64,000 nucleotides of DNA, from positions 5,084,001-5,148,000 of the forward strand of contig OZ024748.1 of assembly GCA_964016885.1 (NCBI GenBank), written 5' to 3'. The translations under genes and the position numbers were made by a program. Of the stretch, positions 32,704-45,879 are shown piece after piece (within the stretch, counting starts at the first letter, position 1; every line of letters begins with the position of its first letter). The notes beneath the pieces are model-generated. The model saw only the letters and a list, made by a program, of their open reading frames with translations. It made no database searches and was not told the origin of the DNA. Source of the stretch: Eledone cirrhosa (Eukaryota).

Positions 32704-33628
32704 ATATGTATATATATAATGTATCTGTATATGTATATACCCACACATACATTTCTGCCTCATAAATACAACTATTTCGCAGTCATAACTCATGATCGTG
32801 CTCGATAGCGAAAGCATAATATAAAGACAATTATATATATATATATATATACATATATAAACGTGTGTGTATATATATATATGTGTGAGTGTGTGTGTGT
32901 GTCGAGTGAGTGTGTGTGTGTGTGTAAACGATAGAAGGAATATTATTTATAACATATAGGTGAATAGATGTCCTCTTGCGTTCCGTTATTTACACGATCA
33001 CAGTGAGATATAAATATATATAGAGAGAGTGAGAGAGTGAGTGAGTGAGTGAGTGAGAAAGCAAATGTTTGTCCGTATGCGTCAAAAACATTATTAACTC
33101 TTATGTCTAATAATTTAACAAAAAAAATAGGTCACCGTCAACTCGTAAATAGTAATGTTTTAGTAGAATTTACTATTGGTTACATAGTTCGGTAAATTTG
33201 CAGTATTACAATAAAAACTTTCATATCAAACGTGATACAGTTATAGAACCATGTAGTTATTATTATTTTCCTAATGCAGCTTCATGTGGAATAGAACGTT
33301 AATTGTTAATCCTAGTTATATAATATATCAGATATGTATGGAGCCATAACTCCTGTGGGAGTCGCAAGGGCGCCGTGTTGACATACAGCATTTTTTAGGG
33401 TAATTTTTAAAACCTGGCGGAGCTTATATCTTCCCCAGGTCAGAATACAGCACATTACTTGAAAAGAAAGACATAGAGAGTGAGAGAATAGAAGTGAGAA
33501 AGAGATATAAAAGATGAATCGACTCCAGTATTTGACTGGTACTTTTTATCCACCTGGAATAGATGAAAGTTAAAGTTGACATTGGTTATAAGATATACAT
33601 ATAAATAAAATGTTGTAATATCACCTAC

Positions 33629-34593
33629 CTTGACTGTACTGCATTCGTCGCATCCATGGGTATATTTGTGGTGGTGGGTACATGTGTTCCGACCTAGATG
33701 TGTTTTGTTGATTGGTTGTCTGCGCTCCGGTCTGTGTTTGATGAGGGTGGTGATTGTTGTGGGGTGGTGGGGATCCTTGACCATCGTCCGGACTGGATAA
33801 CTGTCCATTAGGATAATAGCCATTGCTTGTCGTACTGTTTGGACTGTGACTGTTGTTACTACTGTTATTGTTATTGTTACTCTTGCTGCTGTTGTTATTG
33901 TTGACGATAATACCGTTGTCATTATTGCTGTTGCTGTTGCTGTTGTTGTTGTTGCTGTTGGTAGCACCACCGCCACCTCCTCCTCCACTACCACCACCAC
34001 CACCTCCCCCGCCGCCTCCACCATTAGTGGAGCCGGGGCTGCTGTTGTTGGTGTTACGTATGTTGTTACTGTTGTTGTTGCTGTTGTGCATTTGACCGTT
34101 CGTAGTAGCAGTCGTGTTGTTACTATTTGATGAAATGCTGCTGTTGTTGTTGTTGTTGTTGTTGCTGCTATTGCCGTTGCTGCTGCTACTGCTGCTGCTG
34201 CTGCTGCTGTGATGAGAGAGATGCGGCGGCGCGTGCGGGGAGGTATGATGATGGTGTTGTTGTTGTTGTTGTTGTTGTTGCTGCTGCTGTTGGTGGTGGT
34301 GGTGGTGAGCAAGATGGCCGTTACGTGATATCACATCATCGGAATGTGAAGTGTTGTTGTTGTTGTTGTTGTTTGTGGTAGTGGTAGCGGTGGCGGTGAT
34401 GATGGTGGTGGCGGTGGTGCTGGCGGTGGTGATGGCCGTGGCTATACCAGCGCCACCACCGCCGCCGCCCGCACTCGCGTGGTGGTGCATCCTATGTATG
34501 GGCGACGACGATGAACTGCTGTTGCTGCTGTTGTTGTTGTTGTTAGCATGAGCGATAACTGGTTGCGCGCCACCACCGGAGTGTTGTGATGCC

Positions 34594-34624
<31 letters not shown>

Positions 34625-35000
34625 GCGCATGAGTCACTGTGGGCGGTGGAGGAGGCTGTGGTGGAGGTGGCGGCGGGGAGAGGTGGGTTAACCTCGGCGT
34701 TGTGTAGTAATCGCCGCCGCCGCCTCCACCACCACCACCACCACCGTTCTGTGTGATGTCACTGTGCCTTGCGGCCGCCGCCGCCGCTGCCGCAGCTCGG
34801 GCGGCGACGGCCGCCGCCGCCGCCGTCGCCGTCGACGAGGTCGTGTACGGGTATCTGGATGCGTTGCCGAATCCGGAATAAGCTCCGGCGTTCGGTCCGA
34901 ATGTGTCGGCACGATCAAAGCTTCCGTCGGAACAGTTCTGTAAACTTGCTGCAGTCTGGCCGTAACATGCCGACAGGGAATTAACAAAATAAGAACTCAT
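33629..35000 (-). CDS. Scr: Hox paralog group 5 / Sex combs reduced homeobox gene, coding exon 1 (N-terminus to hexapeptide); homeodomain exon not in window
   Basis: ORF begins MSSYFVNS (Hox5-type SSYF motif) and ends ...PPQIYPWMRRMQYSQ (Scr/Hox5-type hexapeptide). It is followed by CAAG|GTAGGT, a phase-1 splice donor at 33628, the typical Hox intron position. The ORF-track stop at 33621 lies inside the intron. Confidence 0.9.
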
Positions 35001-35139
35001 TCTACTTTATGTTACGTTCCGCTCTTGTATCGATAAATAAAACTTCCTCTTTTCCTCTCCTCTTTATTGTGTATTTATATTTGATTAATTATTTTGATTG
35101 ATTATTGGGGATGTATATGTATCGATAATATTTCATATA

Positions 35140-35650
35140 TATACATATAAGCATAGATTTACATATATATGTATATATATATTCATTTATGTAAATATAT
35201 GTTCAACTCATGTATGTTTATAACTGTTGTTATTGTTGTAGCAAATATTAAATATATATACATATAGGCATAAATTTACATATATACATATATATATTTA
35301 TATATATTCATTTATGCAAATATACATTTAGCTCATGTGTGTATATAACTTGTTATTGTTGTTGTAAAAATTAAATATATATGTATATATATATAAGCAT
35401 AGATTTACATATATATATGTGTGTATATATTTATTTATGTAAATATATGTTTAGCTCGTGTATGTATATAACTTGTTATTGTTGTAGCAAATATTAAATA
35501 TATATATAAATATATATATATAAATATATATATATATGTACATATAGGGATAGATTTACATATATATGTGTGTGTATATATTCATTTATGTAAATATATG
35601 CTTAGCTCTTGTATGTATATAATTGTTGTTGGAAATATTAAATATATATT
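35140..35650. repeat. ~120-150 bp AT-rich tandem repeat, 4 copies, just upstream of the Scr ATG
   Basis: Unit start tata(a/g)gcatagatttacat recurs at ~35145, 35263, 35392, 35543, followed by ttcatttatgtaaatatatg..agctc..tgtat..tataact..ttgttgt. Confidence 0.85.
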
Positions 35651-36152
35651 TTAAAATAATTCTTACTGTTTTTTGTTGTTTGTGTTGTTGTTGTTGATGT
35701 TGTTATAGTTGTTTATTATTATTTTTATCATGATTCTTATTCTTGTTATTGTTTTTGTTGTTATTATTTTCGTTATTTTGTATTTTTATTTTAGTTATTT
35801 TTTTCATCATAATGATTCTTAGTGTAACTTAAATATCATTGTTGTTGTTTTCAAACTTTATAAATATGGTTTCATTATTTATAATTCTCATTATTGTTAT
35901 TTCTTCCATATGGTTCTTGTCTTCCATATGCGTGTGTATATGTATGCATATATATATGTATGTATATATGAATATATCATATATGTGGGTGTGTAACTGT
36001 TTATGTGTATGTATGTTTATATGTATATATATATATATATGTTTGTGTGTGTATAAATGTGTGTGTGTATATTTATGTGTGTGTAAGTGTGTGAATATAT
36101 TATATGTCGGTGTGTACAGCTGTTTGTATGTCTGTATAATTGTGTGTATGTG

Positions 36153-36215
<63 letters not shown>

Positions 36216-36285
36216 TATATATGTATATATGTATCTGTGTGTGAATATAATATGTAGCTGTGTGTATGCGTTTGTAGTTCTGTAT

Positions 36286-36331
<46 letters not shown>

Positions 36332-37089
36332 ATTTGTGTGTGTGCGTGTGTGTGTGCAACTGTGTGAATATATTATATATGTGGGTGTGTGCAGCTGTGT
36401 TTTATGTATGTATGTTTATATGTATATATATATATATGTATATATGTGTGTGTATATGTATGTATGTAAATATATATATAAGTGTGTGTGTGTAATAAAT
36501 CTTTTCTTTTTCCTTTTTTAATGTCACTCAATTAAGTTTGTCTTTTATCTCTTACACGCTTTTATTATTCCTCTCCACGTTGTTGTATACTTCCTTCTTT
36601 CTTTTTTCTTTCCTTAATACATTCCTTCTCTTTCTCTTTCTTTATATATAAATCTGTATATATATATATATATATAATATATAATTTTTCTGAAGCAATT
36701 AAATAAATAATTATATATATATATTTATATACATAAATATATATATATATATATATTTATGTATGTATGTATGTATATATATATATATATATACTCGTCT
36801 TTCCTTCTCGTGTCTATTCCTCTTTCGCTGATAATGGTTTTCTATTCATCTTTTCATTTTTCTTCTTTTTCTTCCAAATTTATTGCTATATTATTCCTAT
36901 TGTTGTTGTTAGTATTGTCCTTGTTATATCTCCTTCCCTCTTATTCTTCTTCTTCTTCGTCTACCTCTCCTTCGTTTTTACAGCTGTATATATTTGTGTA
37001 CGTGTGTGTATGTATGTATGTGTGAGTATGTGTGTGTGTGTGTGTGTATGTATGTGTGTGTGTGTAAAAAAAAAAGTTAATTTGTGATG

Positions 37090-37169
37090 GTCGTAAAACT
37101 GTCTTGCCCCGGTATACGTCAAGGTTGGTCGCTTAGAGAATGAATTATGGTCGATAGCCCAACACTACG

Positions 37170-37212
<43 letters not shown>

Positions 37213-37400
37213 TTACTACTGTTGCTGTGATTGCTGCTGCTGCTGATGATGCTGGTAATGGTAGTGTTGATGATGGTGGTGACGATGGTGGTGTAGTTGT
37301 ACTATAGCCAACAACGGCTTCAGCGTCGACAACCAGCCAAGTGCGTTTCTAGGCTGAAATGAACCAATAATTCAGTCACATGACTATTACTAACCAATGA
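37090..37400 (-). promoter_or_regulatory. Candidate Scr/Hox5 promoter and 5' leader
   Basis: Island of mostly unique sequence among microsatellites. It contains CCAAT (37364-68, 37394-98) flanking the near-palindromic E-box GTCACATGAC (37375-84), CCATAATTCAT on minus (37140-50) and a TTTTACGAC Hox/Cdx-type site on minus (37090-98). Confidence 0.4.
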
Positions 37401-37531
37401 AAAAGGGTGTTGGGAAATTCTGGCTTCAGTATTATTATTTTCGTGTTTTGGTTCTTTTTCTAGCTCCACACAAACACACGTACACACAAACACACGTACA
37501 CACGTACACACGTACACACGTACACACGTAC

Positions 37532-37626
<95 letters not shown>

Positions 37627-37692
37627 TAGAAATATATATATATAATCTATGTTATATATATATATATTATATTAATATATATATATCTATAT

Positions 37693-37738
<46 letters not shown>

Positions 37739-37907
37739 TCATTAAAACATATATATATTTATCCTTATCGAGCCCTCTTTGGATTTTAGTCTTCAAATTT
37801 ATTATTATTACTATATATATATATATGTGATATGAATATGTATATATATATTATATATATATATTATATAATATATATATATTATATATAATATATATAT
37901 ACATATA

Positions 37908-37978
<71 letters not shown>

Positions 37979-38292
37979 AATGCTTGTGTTTGTGTGTGTG
38001 TATTGGTGAGTGCATTCTATGTATTAATATATTTCTCTCTTGCACTTCTCTTTCTTTCTCTTTATCACTCTCTCCCCTCTCCCTCTCTCCCTCCCTCTCT
38101 CTTTCTCTCCCTCTCTCTCTCTCACTCACTCTTACTCTCTCACACAATTAACTTCAAAATCCTTACCAGAAAACCCGTCCCTTCAAATCTTACCAATATA
38201 TTTAAATATATTCCATTCCGTTAACTATTTATTACATAAAGAATGGTTTCAACAACAACATTTAAATTCTACAACTCGGTTTCAATTCAAAG

Positions 38293-38537
<245 letters not shown>

Positions 38538-38612
38538 CATATATATATATAATAATATAATACCTATATATATAATAGATATATAAATATAAAATAGATA
38601 TATAAATATATA

Positions 38613-38652
<40 letters not shown>

Positions 38653-39104
38653 ACAGACAAACTTTAGAAATATAAGATAGAGAGGACAAGACAACGAATG
38701 AAAAACAATTGTTTTAAGGAGAAACCTTATAAAAAATTATTAAAAAAATAAAAATACAAACGAAGGACACAGAACTCCATTTTAATCGGTCGTTATGGTG
38801 ACTTGGCAGTTTCGACCCCTACCAATGGTACTGCTGTCTCACCCGGTGTCACAGCGTCTAATACAAGCCAAACGCTGTCCACTGGAGTAAGTGATCAGTA
38901 CGCCATTTAAATATATATGTATATATTTTTATTTATACATAAATATAGAGACGCACACACACATTTATATATACATATATACACATTCATATCATTGGTA
39001 TATATATTTGTGTGTGTGAGTTTGTCGGGGGATATACATACATTTAAGAACAACCATAAGAACTCAATGGATAACCATAATAAAAGTAGATAAAAAATTT
39101 GTAA

Positions 39105-39222
39105 TAATTGTTTCTACGTTAGGCACAAGGCCAGCAATCACCCAGTACATTACTGGTATTTATTTTATCGACCCCGTAAGGATGAAAGGCAAAGTTAACC
39201 TTGGCGGGATTTGAACTCAGAA
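39105..39222 (-). mobile_element. Same SINE family, 5'-truncated, TSD atttgtaataat
   Basis: B-box to tail; flanking direct repeat. Confidence 0.8.
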
Positions 39223-39276
39223 AAAAGATTTGTAATAATATCTATATATCTACAAGTGTATATTGCATGTATACAA

Positions 39277-39318
<42 letters not shown>

Positions 39319-39322
<4 letters not shown>

Positions 39323-39460
39323 AGTGCCGGGGTTAATCGGCGTTAACTCTAATAAGTAAAATACTCTATACACTGGTAGAACGTAAGCATCTTCTTTAAT
39401 ATTGAAATGGTTTCTACAGGACTTGAACTGTTTCATTCAAAAGAAATCATCAGGAAAGCT
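39319..39460 (-). mobile_element. Family A-related element with hammerhead (39411-39457)
   Basis: Minus: TTTC-CTGATGA-TTTC-TTTT-GAAT-GAAACAG-ttcaagtc-CTGTA-GAAA, then a tail ending in (TA)n. Confidence 0.75.
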
Positions 39461-39549
39461 TTCTTTAAGACCTTTTTCCTGCTATTTTAAGCGTTAAACT
39501 AATATATTCCTTCTCTATACAATACCAATTGTGTTGTTATTTCTGTTTA

Positions 39550-39587
<38 letters not shown>

Positions 39588-39744
39588 CGAAGGCACAATA
39601 ACCTATATAATAAATATTCTGTTTTCATGTTTTGTTTCGTAATTAGTAAATTAGCAATGTTTCGGCTTGCTTGCATGCTGTGTGTATACAGTTCAGATTT
39701 TAGACACACGGAGTGTGTGAATGTATATAAGATTGGGGACTGCA

Positions 39745-39813
<69 letters not shown>

Positions 39814-40023
39814 CATTTGCACCGTTTCCTCTCACCCCCTTTTTGCTATATGTCTCTCCACCACTCCCCTACACACCCTTTGAACTCTCTTCCCACACAC
39901 TTTTCACCTGAAGAAGGGCTTATGCCCAAAATGTCGTTCCCCACCACCACCCCACTCTCAAGAGCGTGAAATTAATAAACCTTTGTTCGTACTGCCTCTC
40001 TGTTTTGTTCCTGTTCAATTTTT

Positions 40024-40226
<203 letters not shown>

Positions 40227-41032
40227 CAATGTCTAGATCTGGCTAGATAGATACAGATCGAACCTTGAGCTTATCAATAGGGAAAGGCGCGTCACTACTC
40301 AATAAATGTAATGAAGACATAACAAATTGTCCTTTTATTATGTCTGTGTGTGTGCCTGCCTGTGTGTATGTCTGTGAGTGTGTATGTCTGTGTGTCTGAG
40401 AGCATTATTCAACAGTGTAGGGGTTTGTTACCAATATTAGCACTCGATGTTAAATTAGATTGTATATATTAAGAATGACTCGATATGAAATTTTTGTTTT
40501 TCCCTGATTCCGATGAGCAGAAGTCACGAACTAAATGTAGTTTACTCAATACATGTAGAGTATCAATATATTTAGTTCCTGCAGCTTACCGTTACTTGTA
40601 TATGTCTCAAAATTTACTCACCAAAATGTCTGATTGATGATACATTCATCGATCTAGGTCAACGGTACACACATATACACATACGCACTCACGCAAGTAT
40701 ATATGCTATCATTAGAACCAGTACTAGAAGGAAGACATAACAGGTTAAAAGGAACCTGCGTTTCGTTGGCTGGACAAACGTTTCAAAACTTTGTTACACC
40801 CACACACACGTGCGATTTTATTTTTCAATTTACAATTATAAATTAGGCTTATATGTGTGTAGATACGAACCAGGTTTCCAAGGCGATTCACAAGTCACCA
40901 TCGTAACAGAATAGCCTATGCATGGTTAATAACGTGCTAGAAATAATAGTCAATTTCCAATTTAAACCACACATTGTCATATCAAAAGCTTTAAAAATGT
41001 ACAGAGAATCAGGCCTTCAATCTTATAAATAT

Positions 41033-41217
41033 AATTGTTTCTACTTTTGGCACAAGGCCAGCAAATACCTAGTGTATTACTGGTACTTTATTTTATCGAC
41101 TCCATAAGGATGAAAGGCAAAGTTAACCTCGGCGGGATTTGAACTCAGAATGGCAAGGGCCGTAACTCTCTCCGTCAAAGCATGGCGTCCGACTCTCTAC
41201 CGATACTGCCAATCCAC
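41033..41217 (-). mobile_element. Same SINE family, 18-bp TSD caatcttataaatataat (41018-35 / 41221-38)
   Basis: Full-length match and exact flanking duplication. Confidence 0.88.
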
Positions 41218-41705
41218 ATGCAATCTTATAAATATAATGGGAATCAGGCATCTAATCTTAAATAAATGTGATGGTCACGGCTGGAATGCTTCTCAATATT
41301 AGCCTACTACATGATGATTGACTTAAACGCCAAAGAATAACACCACCAACAACGTTACACCACTACCATCCTCAACAAAACTACCACTACCAACACAAGT
41401 GTATACCCCACCTCCCACCACATTACTATTAGCAATAGCCATACCACCACAACCACCACCTCCAACACCACTAACAACGCCAATAACACCGTCACCGCCA
41501 CTACTAACAGAAACCAACACTAATAGCTAAAAAAAATCATTACCCCCACCACCAACACCTCCTCTACCACCAACACCACCACCAACAACAACAACACAGT
41601 ACCACCACCACCACAACCAACAACACCACCACTAACACCGCCACCAACACCACCCCCATCATTACCCCCACCACCACCAACACCTCCACCTCCACCACCA
41701 CCACC

Positions 41706-41737
<32 letters not shown>

Positions 41738-43080
41738 CAGCGCAATACCAAACTTCACGTCTAATCGGAGTTGTCATTTCAATGTAAGAATTTCCGAATA
41801 ATTTCGTCAGGGATGGGGGAGGGGAGGGGCTCGAGATGGGAGGGGGTGGGGTGCTGTTGTAGTTTCTAATTGTTTTTCATATAATTGTTGTTGGTTGCGT
41901 GTTGTTGTTGTTATTGTTGTTGTTATATGAAATGCTCTTGGGTTGTTCTTTGCAGTATTGTTTTTTGTTGTTGTTATACTGTTGTTAGTAGTTGTTGTTT
42001 GCGTCATTGTAGTTGTCTCCGATGTTGTTGTTGTTGTTGTGGTTGTTTGCGATGTTGTTGTTATTTGCGTTGTTGTTGCTGTTTGCGATGCTGTTGTTGT
42101 TGTTGTTGATGTTAACTTGTTCCGCTTACATGTGAACATAACATGGACGAATGTTTTAAATGTTCCCTTCACAATATCATTATGTTAAGGGCTCGCTTCC
42201 ACTTCATCGTATCTTGCTCAGGTGTCATTTACCCCAACCTCGGGCCAACCCAGATATGGTGAAGAGATCTAGGTAGATAGAAACTATTTCTAAACCCGTC
42301 GAATGGAATGTACCAGTAATTAAAACGACCAGCTTCATCAGACAGTGTGTCACACTGAATCTCCCTGAGAATGACGTTAAGGGTGTACACGTGTCTGTTG
42401 AATGTCCAACCACACTTTAATTTCATGAATAGGCCGTTTAGTTGATCGAACAACTGCAGCAGTCAACGTCGAAAACGACGGATGCCCATTTAATCATTCC
42501 TTTTCTTTTTTGCTGTTATGGTTGTTTGCGATGTTGTAGTTGTTGATATTCACTTGTCCCTCTTATATACAACCCTGCCCTCATCCCCAGAATCTTTCCT
42601 GCCCCCCCCCCATATCTACACTACCCCCCCCCCCCCATATCTACACTATCCCCCACCCCTTCACCACACTATCTCCCACCCCTTCACCACACTATCTCCC
42701 ATCCATTCACCACACTATCCCTCATCACTACGCCTTAACCATCCACCACATTCTATTCCAACACACCAAACTTCTGCAATATAAGAATTTTCTCACTTTT
42801 TTTCTTTTCTTTCTCTCTCACCCCTCTCCTTCACCCTCTCTCTCTCTCTCTCTCCACTCTTCATTCCCTTTCTCTCTCTCACCCCTCACCCTCTCTTTAC
42901 TCTTCGTTCCCTTTCTCTCTCTCACCCCTCCCCCTCTCCCCTCTTCCTTTCTTTTACTCTCAAATTTCTTATTTTCTTATTATTTTTCTTAACACATTGC
43001 AATAGTTACTTAAATTCTCCAAACCGTCTTCAGCTATTTTACAAGCACACGCTTACACACACACACACACACACACGCTT

Positions 43081-43149
<69 letters not shown>

Positions 43150-43339
43150 CACAACCACACACACACTCAGACGTTCGCACAGACAGGAACATATAGAAAC
43201 ACACGCTATTCACACTCATATATACACACGCACACACACACACACACACACATTCGTACACACTCATATACATACACAAGGAAATACATCATGCACACAC
43301 ACTTGCACATACAAGCACACACACACACACATAAATACA

Positions 43340-43502
43340 TAATTGTTTCTAGTATTGGCACAAGGCCAGCAATTACCTCAGTGCATTACTGGTATTTTAT
43401 TTTATCGACCCCGTAAGAATTGAAAGGCAAAGTTAACATCGGCGGGATTTGAACTCATAACGTAAAGGGCCATAACTCTATGCTGCAAAATATGGTGTCT
43501 GA
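43340..43502 (-). mobile_element. Same SINE family, slightly truncated
   Basis: Sequence match. Confidence 0.8.
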
Positions 43503-43773
43503 ATGACAAACACATACATAGAAAAACATACGTGAACCGAGGACAACGAAACGTTTATATATTTATTTATGCTGGCTAAATGTGAAGTATAGCGTCGTAA
43601 GTTAAAGCTATCTGACTGACTTATTTACTGTTACGTGGTATTTTTGAACAGGAAATACTGAATATCCAATTCACGTAAAAACAATGAGCGCTGAAACAGG
43701 TATGACCTGTAGTAATTAGTATTACTTATCATCATCATCATCACCCTCAATGACTGGTATAGCCCGTCGTTAG

Positions 43774-43805
<32 letters not shown>

Positions 43806-43854
43806 GGTAAAAGGAACTCTATTCTTTTAAATATATATATATATATATATATAT

Positions 43855-44020
43855 AGGAAAAAGTATGACCCCGACGGCAGAGCTCAAGCCGTTTCGACGG
43901 CTATTTCTGGACTAGAAATAGCCGTCGAAACGGCTTGAGCTCTGCCGTCGGGGTCATACTTTTTCTTGAGTACTCTGGTGCGTTATGGTCCATCTGGTTC
44001 CTTACCACAATTCCTTTGTT
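43855..44020. mobile_element. Family D fold-back element (3' half of hammerhead); related pieces at 579-671, 8371-8428, 16918-17062, 51405-51510
   Basis: Palindrome 43857-43966 centred on ggact; GAA-ACGGC-ttgagctct-GCCGT-C forms stem III with a GTC triplet; shared tail ttgagtactctggtg...ttcctttgttata. Confidence 0.78.
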
Positions 44021-44077
44021 ATATATATATATATACATATATATAGTTATGTAATAAACAACATACGATAATTAATT

Positions 44078-44172
44078 CATTTACCAAAGGTTTCACGAAG
44101 ACAGACGAGCTTGACACTTACGTCTGCCTTGAATCATCAGAAAGAATTTATTAAAACTTTAATAAATTCTTT
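44078..44172 (-). ncRNA. Hammerhead-like motif with long stem II (44078-44144), preceded by a hairpin (44141-44172)
   Basis: Minus: CTTT-CTGATGA-TTC-AAGGCAGACG..CGTCTGTCTT-CGT-GAAA-CC-ttt-GGTA-AATG. Confidence 0.55.
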
Positions 44173-44191
44173 ACCTTTCTTACGGAAATAA

Positions 44192-44252
<61 letters not shown>

Positions 44253-44842
44253 TAAGGTTTTCTAATTTGGGCATAAAGCCAGTATTTTAGTGAGAGGAGA
44301 AGAGTCCAAGGCTTGGACTCATAATTCCACTGGTACTATATTTTATCGACACACGGAGAAGGAAAGGCAAGATGACCTCGGTTGGATTCGAACTCAGAAC
44401 GGAACGGATCGTAATTATAAACCTTCTTATTCCAAATATCCATATAATGGGTACAAGAAATGGTATTAGAGCGATTTTCCCTGTCAAATATTTCTATTAC
44501 TAATAACATTTACCAAAGAACGGTGAATTAGCCGAGTCGTTAGTGCGTTGGACAAATCTACGCAGTATTTTTTATGGCTTATTAGTTCTGAGTTCAAATC
44601 CAGCCAAGGTTAACTTTGCCGTTAATCCTTCTGGAATTGATAAAATAAAGTACCAGTCACGTACTGAGGTCTATATTCCAACTGCCACCCCTTCTAAACT
44701 TTCTGGCCTTGTGCCACAATGAGAACACATTATTTCTAACATATTGTGGATGATCTCCCGCTGTGAGTTTTTCCATCAAATTCATGAGCAAAAAATCAAT
44801 AATATTTTATCGCTTTTACCAGCAAGTGGGGGGAGACACAAG

Positions 44843-44880
44843 TCTGAACATGTTTCGGCATCATTGAGCATCGTCAGTGA
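44843..44880 (-). ncRNA. Degenerate minimal hammerhead-like motif
   Basis: Minus: CTGACGA-TGC-tcaatgat-GCC-GAAACATGTT with palindromic ACATGT; stem I weak. Confidence 0.35.
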
Positions 44881-45622
44881 AGAGGTATGTGCAGCGTAAC
44901 TCACCGAAGCGGTAACCAATATACCGCTTAGTAAATATATATATTGATGTCACATATATTTATATTAATATAATTACTAATAATGGAAATATTATTCTAT
45001 AGAGGTTTAATTCCAACTGCTTTCGTTTCGTTGCGCATGCTCAAGAATATATACATGCATGGGAACACACACAAACTCCCCTAAACTTAATAACATACAC
45101 ACATACACACATGCATAGGCATATCGGATTAAGTCTATGTGTATCGCATTTATATCAATGGTATATACATACACATATCTACGTACCCACACGCATATAC
45201 AAAAAATGTATACACACTTCAACAGCATTCTAATAAACATTGCTTGTACAGGTAACCAAAGTATGTATACATTTTTGAGGACACCTGTATATGTAGCCAT
45301 ACAAATATCTCTCTACCCATACACATTTAGACCTAAGCACATAATATTTGGACACATAACAATGCAAAAGTTTGTATATACACATACAACCACAGACACG
45401 TGTATGCAGAGGTTTCACGTATTTAGTATGTGATAGAATTGGTATTTTTTTTTCGGTCATATATATATATATAAATTAATAAAAACAATGAATAAAAACA
45501 AAGAACAAGTTCCTTATATTAAAAAGTTCATTTTACGATCGTTTCTAGGATATATATGTGTGTTGGTATGTATATCATATAGATCTATGTAAACATTTTA
45601 CAAACTATCAGAGGAAATATAC

Positions 45623-45845
45623 ATACCTTCACATATATATGCTGTCTTCAGCATATATATGTGAAGGTATTAATTCAAAATATTAACAAAATAGATATTC
45701 TTGTAATCAATTAAATTTTATTATACATATTTCAGAGGTACTGAGTTAAGTTCAACAGTACGTCCTCATCAGATAAAATAAAATGATACATGACATACCC
45801 TGACATAGTAGATGGTTAAGATTCAGTCATGGTAGTAACTCTTAA
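45623..45845 (-). mobile_element. Family B-related element with hammerhead 45715-45780 (minus) and small terminal hairpin 45623-45670
   Basis: Minus: TATTTTAT-CTGATGA-GGA-cGTACTG..CAGTAC-cTCT-GAAA-TATGTATA-ATAAAAT. Confidence 0.7.

Positions 45846-45879
<34 letters not shown>

Noticed and set aside
33455-34312. 285-aa overlapping minus-strand ORF and several plus-strand ORFs over the Hox exon
   Set aside because: Alternate-frame and antisense shadows of triplet repeats in the Scr exon
37320-37619. ELEKE motif reminiscent of homeodomain helix 1
   Set aside because: Embedded in a (GT)n translation, upstream of exon 1, with no WFQNRR; chance match
42275-42345. Minus-strand CTGATGA...GAAATAG hammerhead-like motif
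   Set aside because: No stem I, extra bases before GAAA, and the interior resembles a decayed SINE core (actggtac..tcgac)
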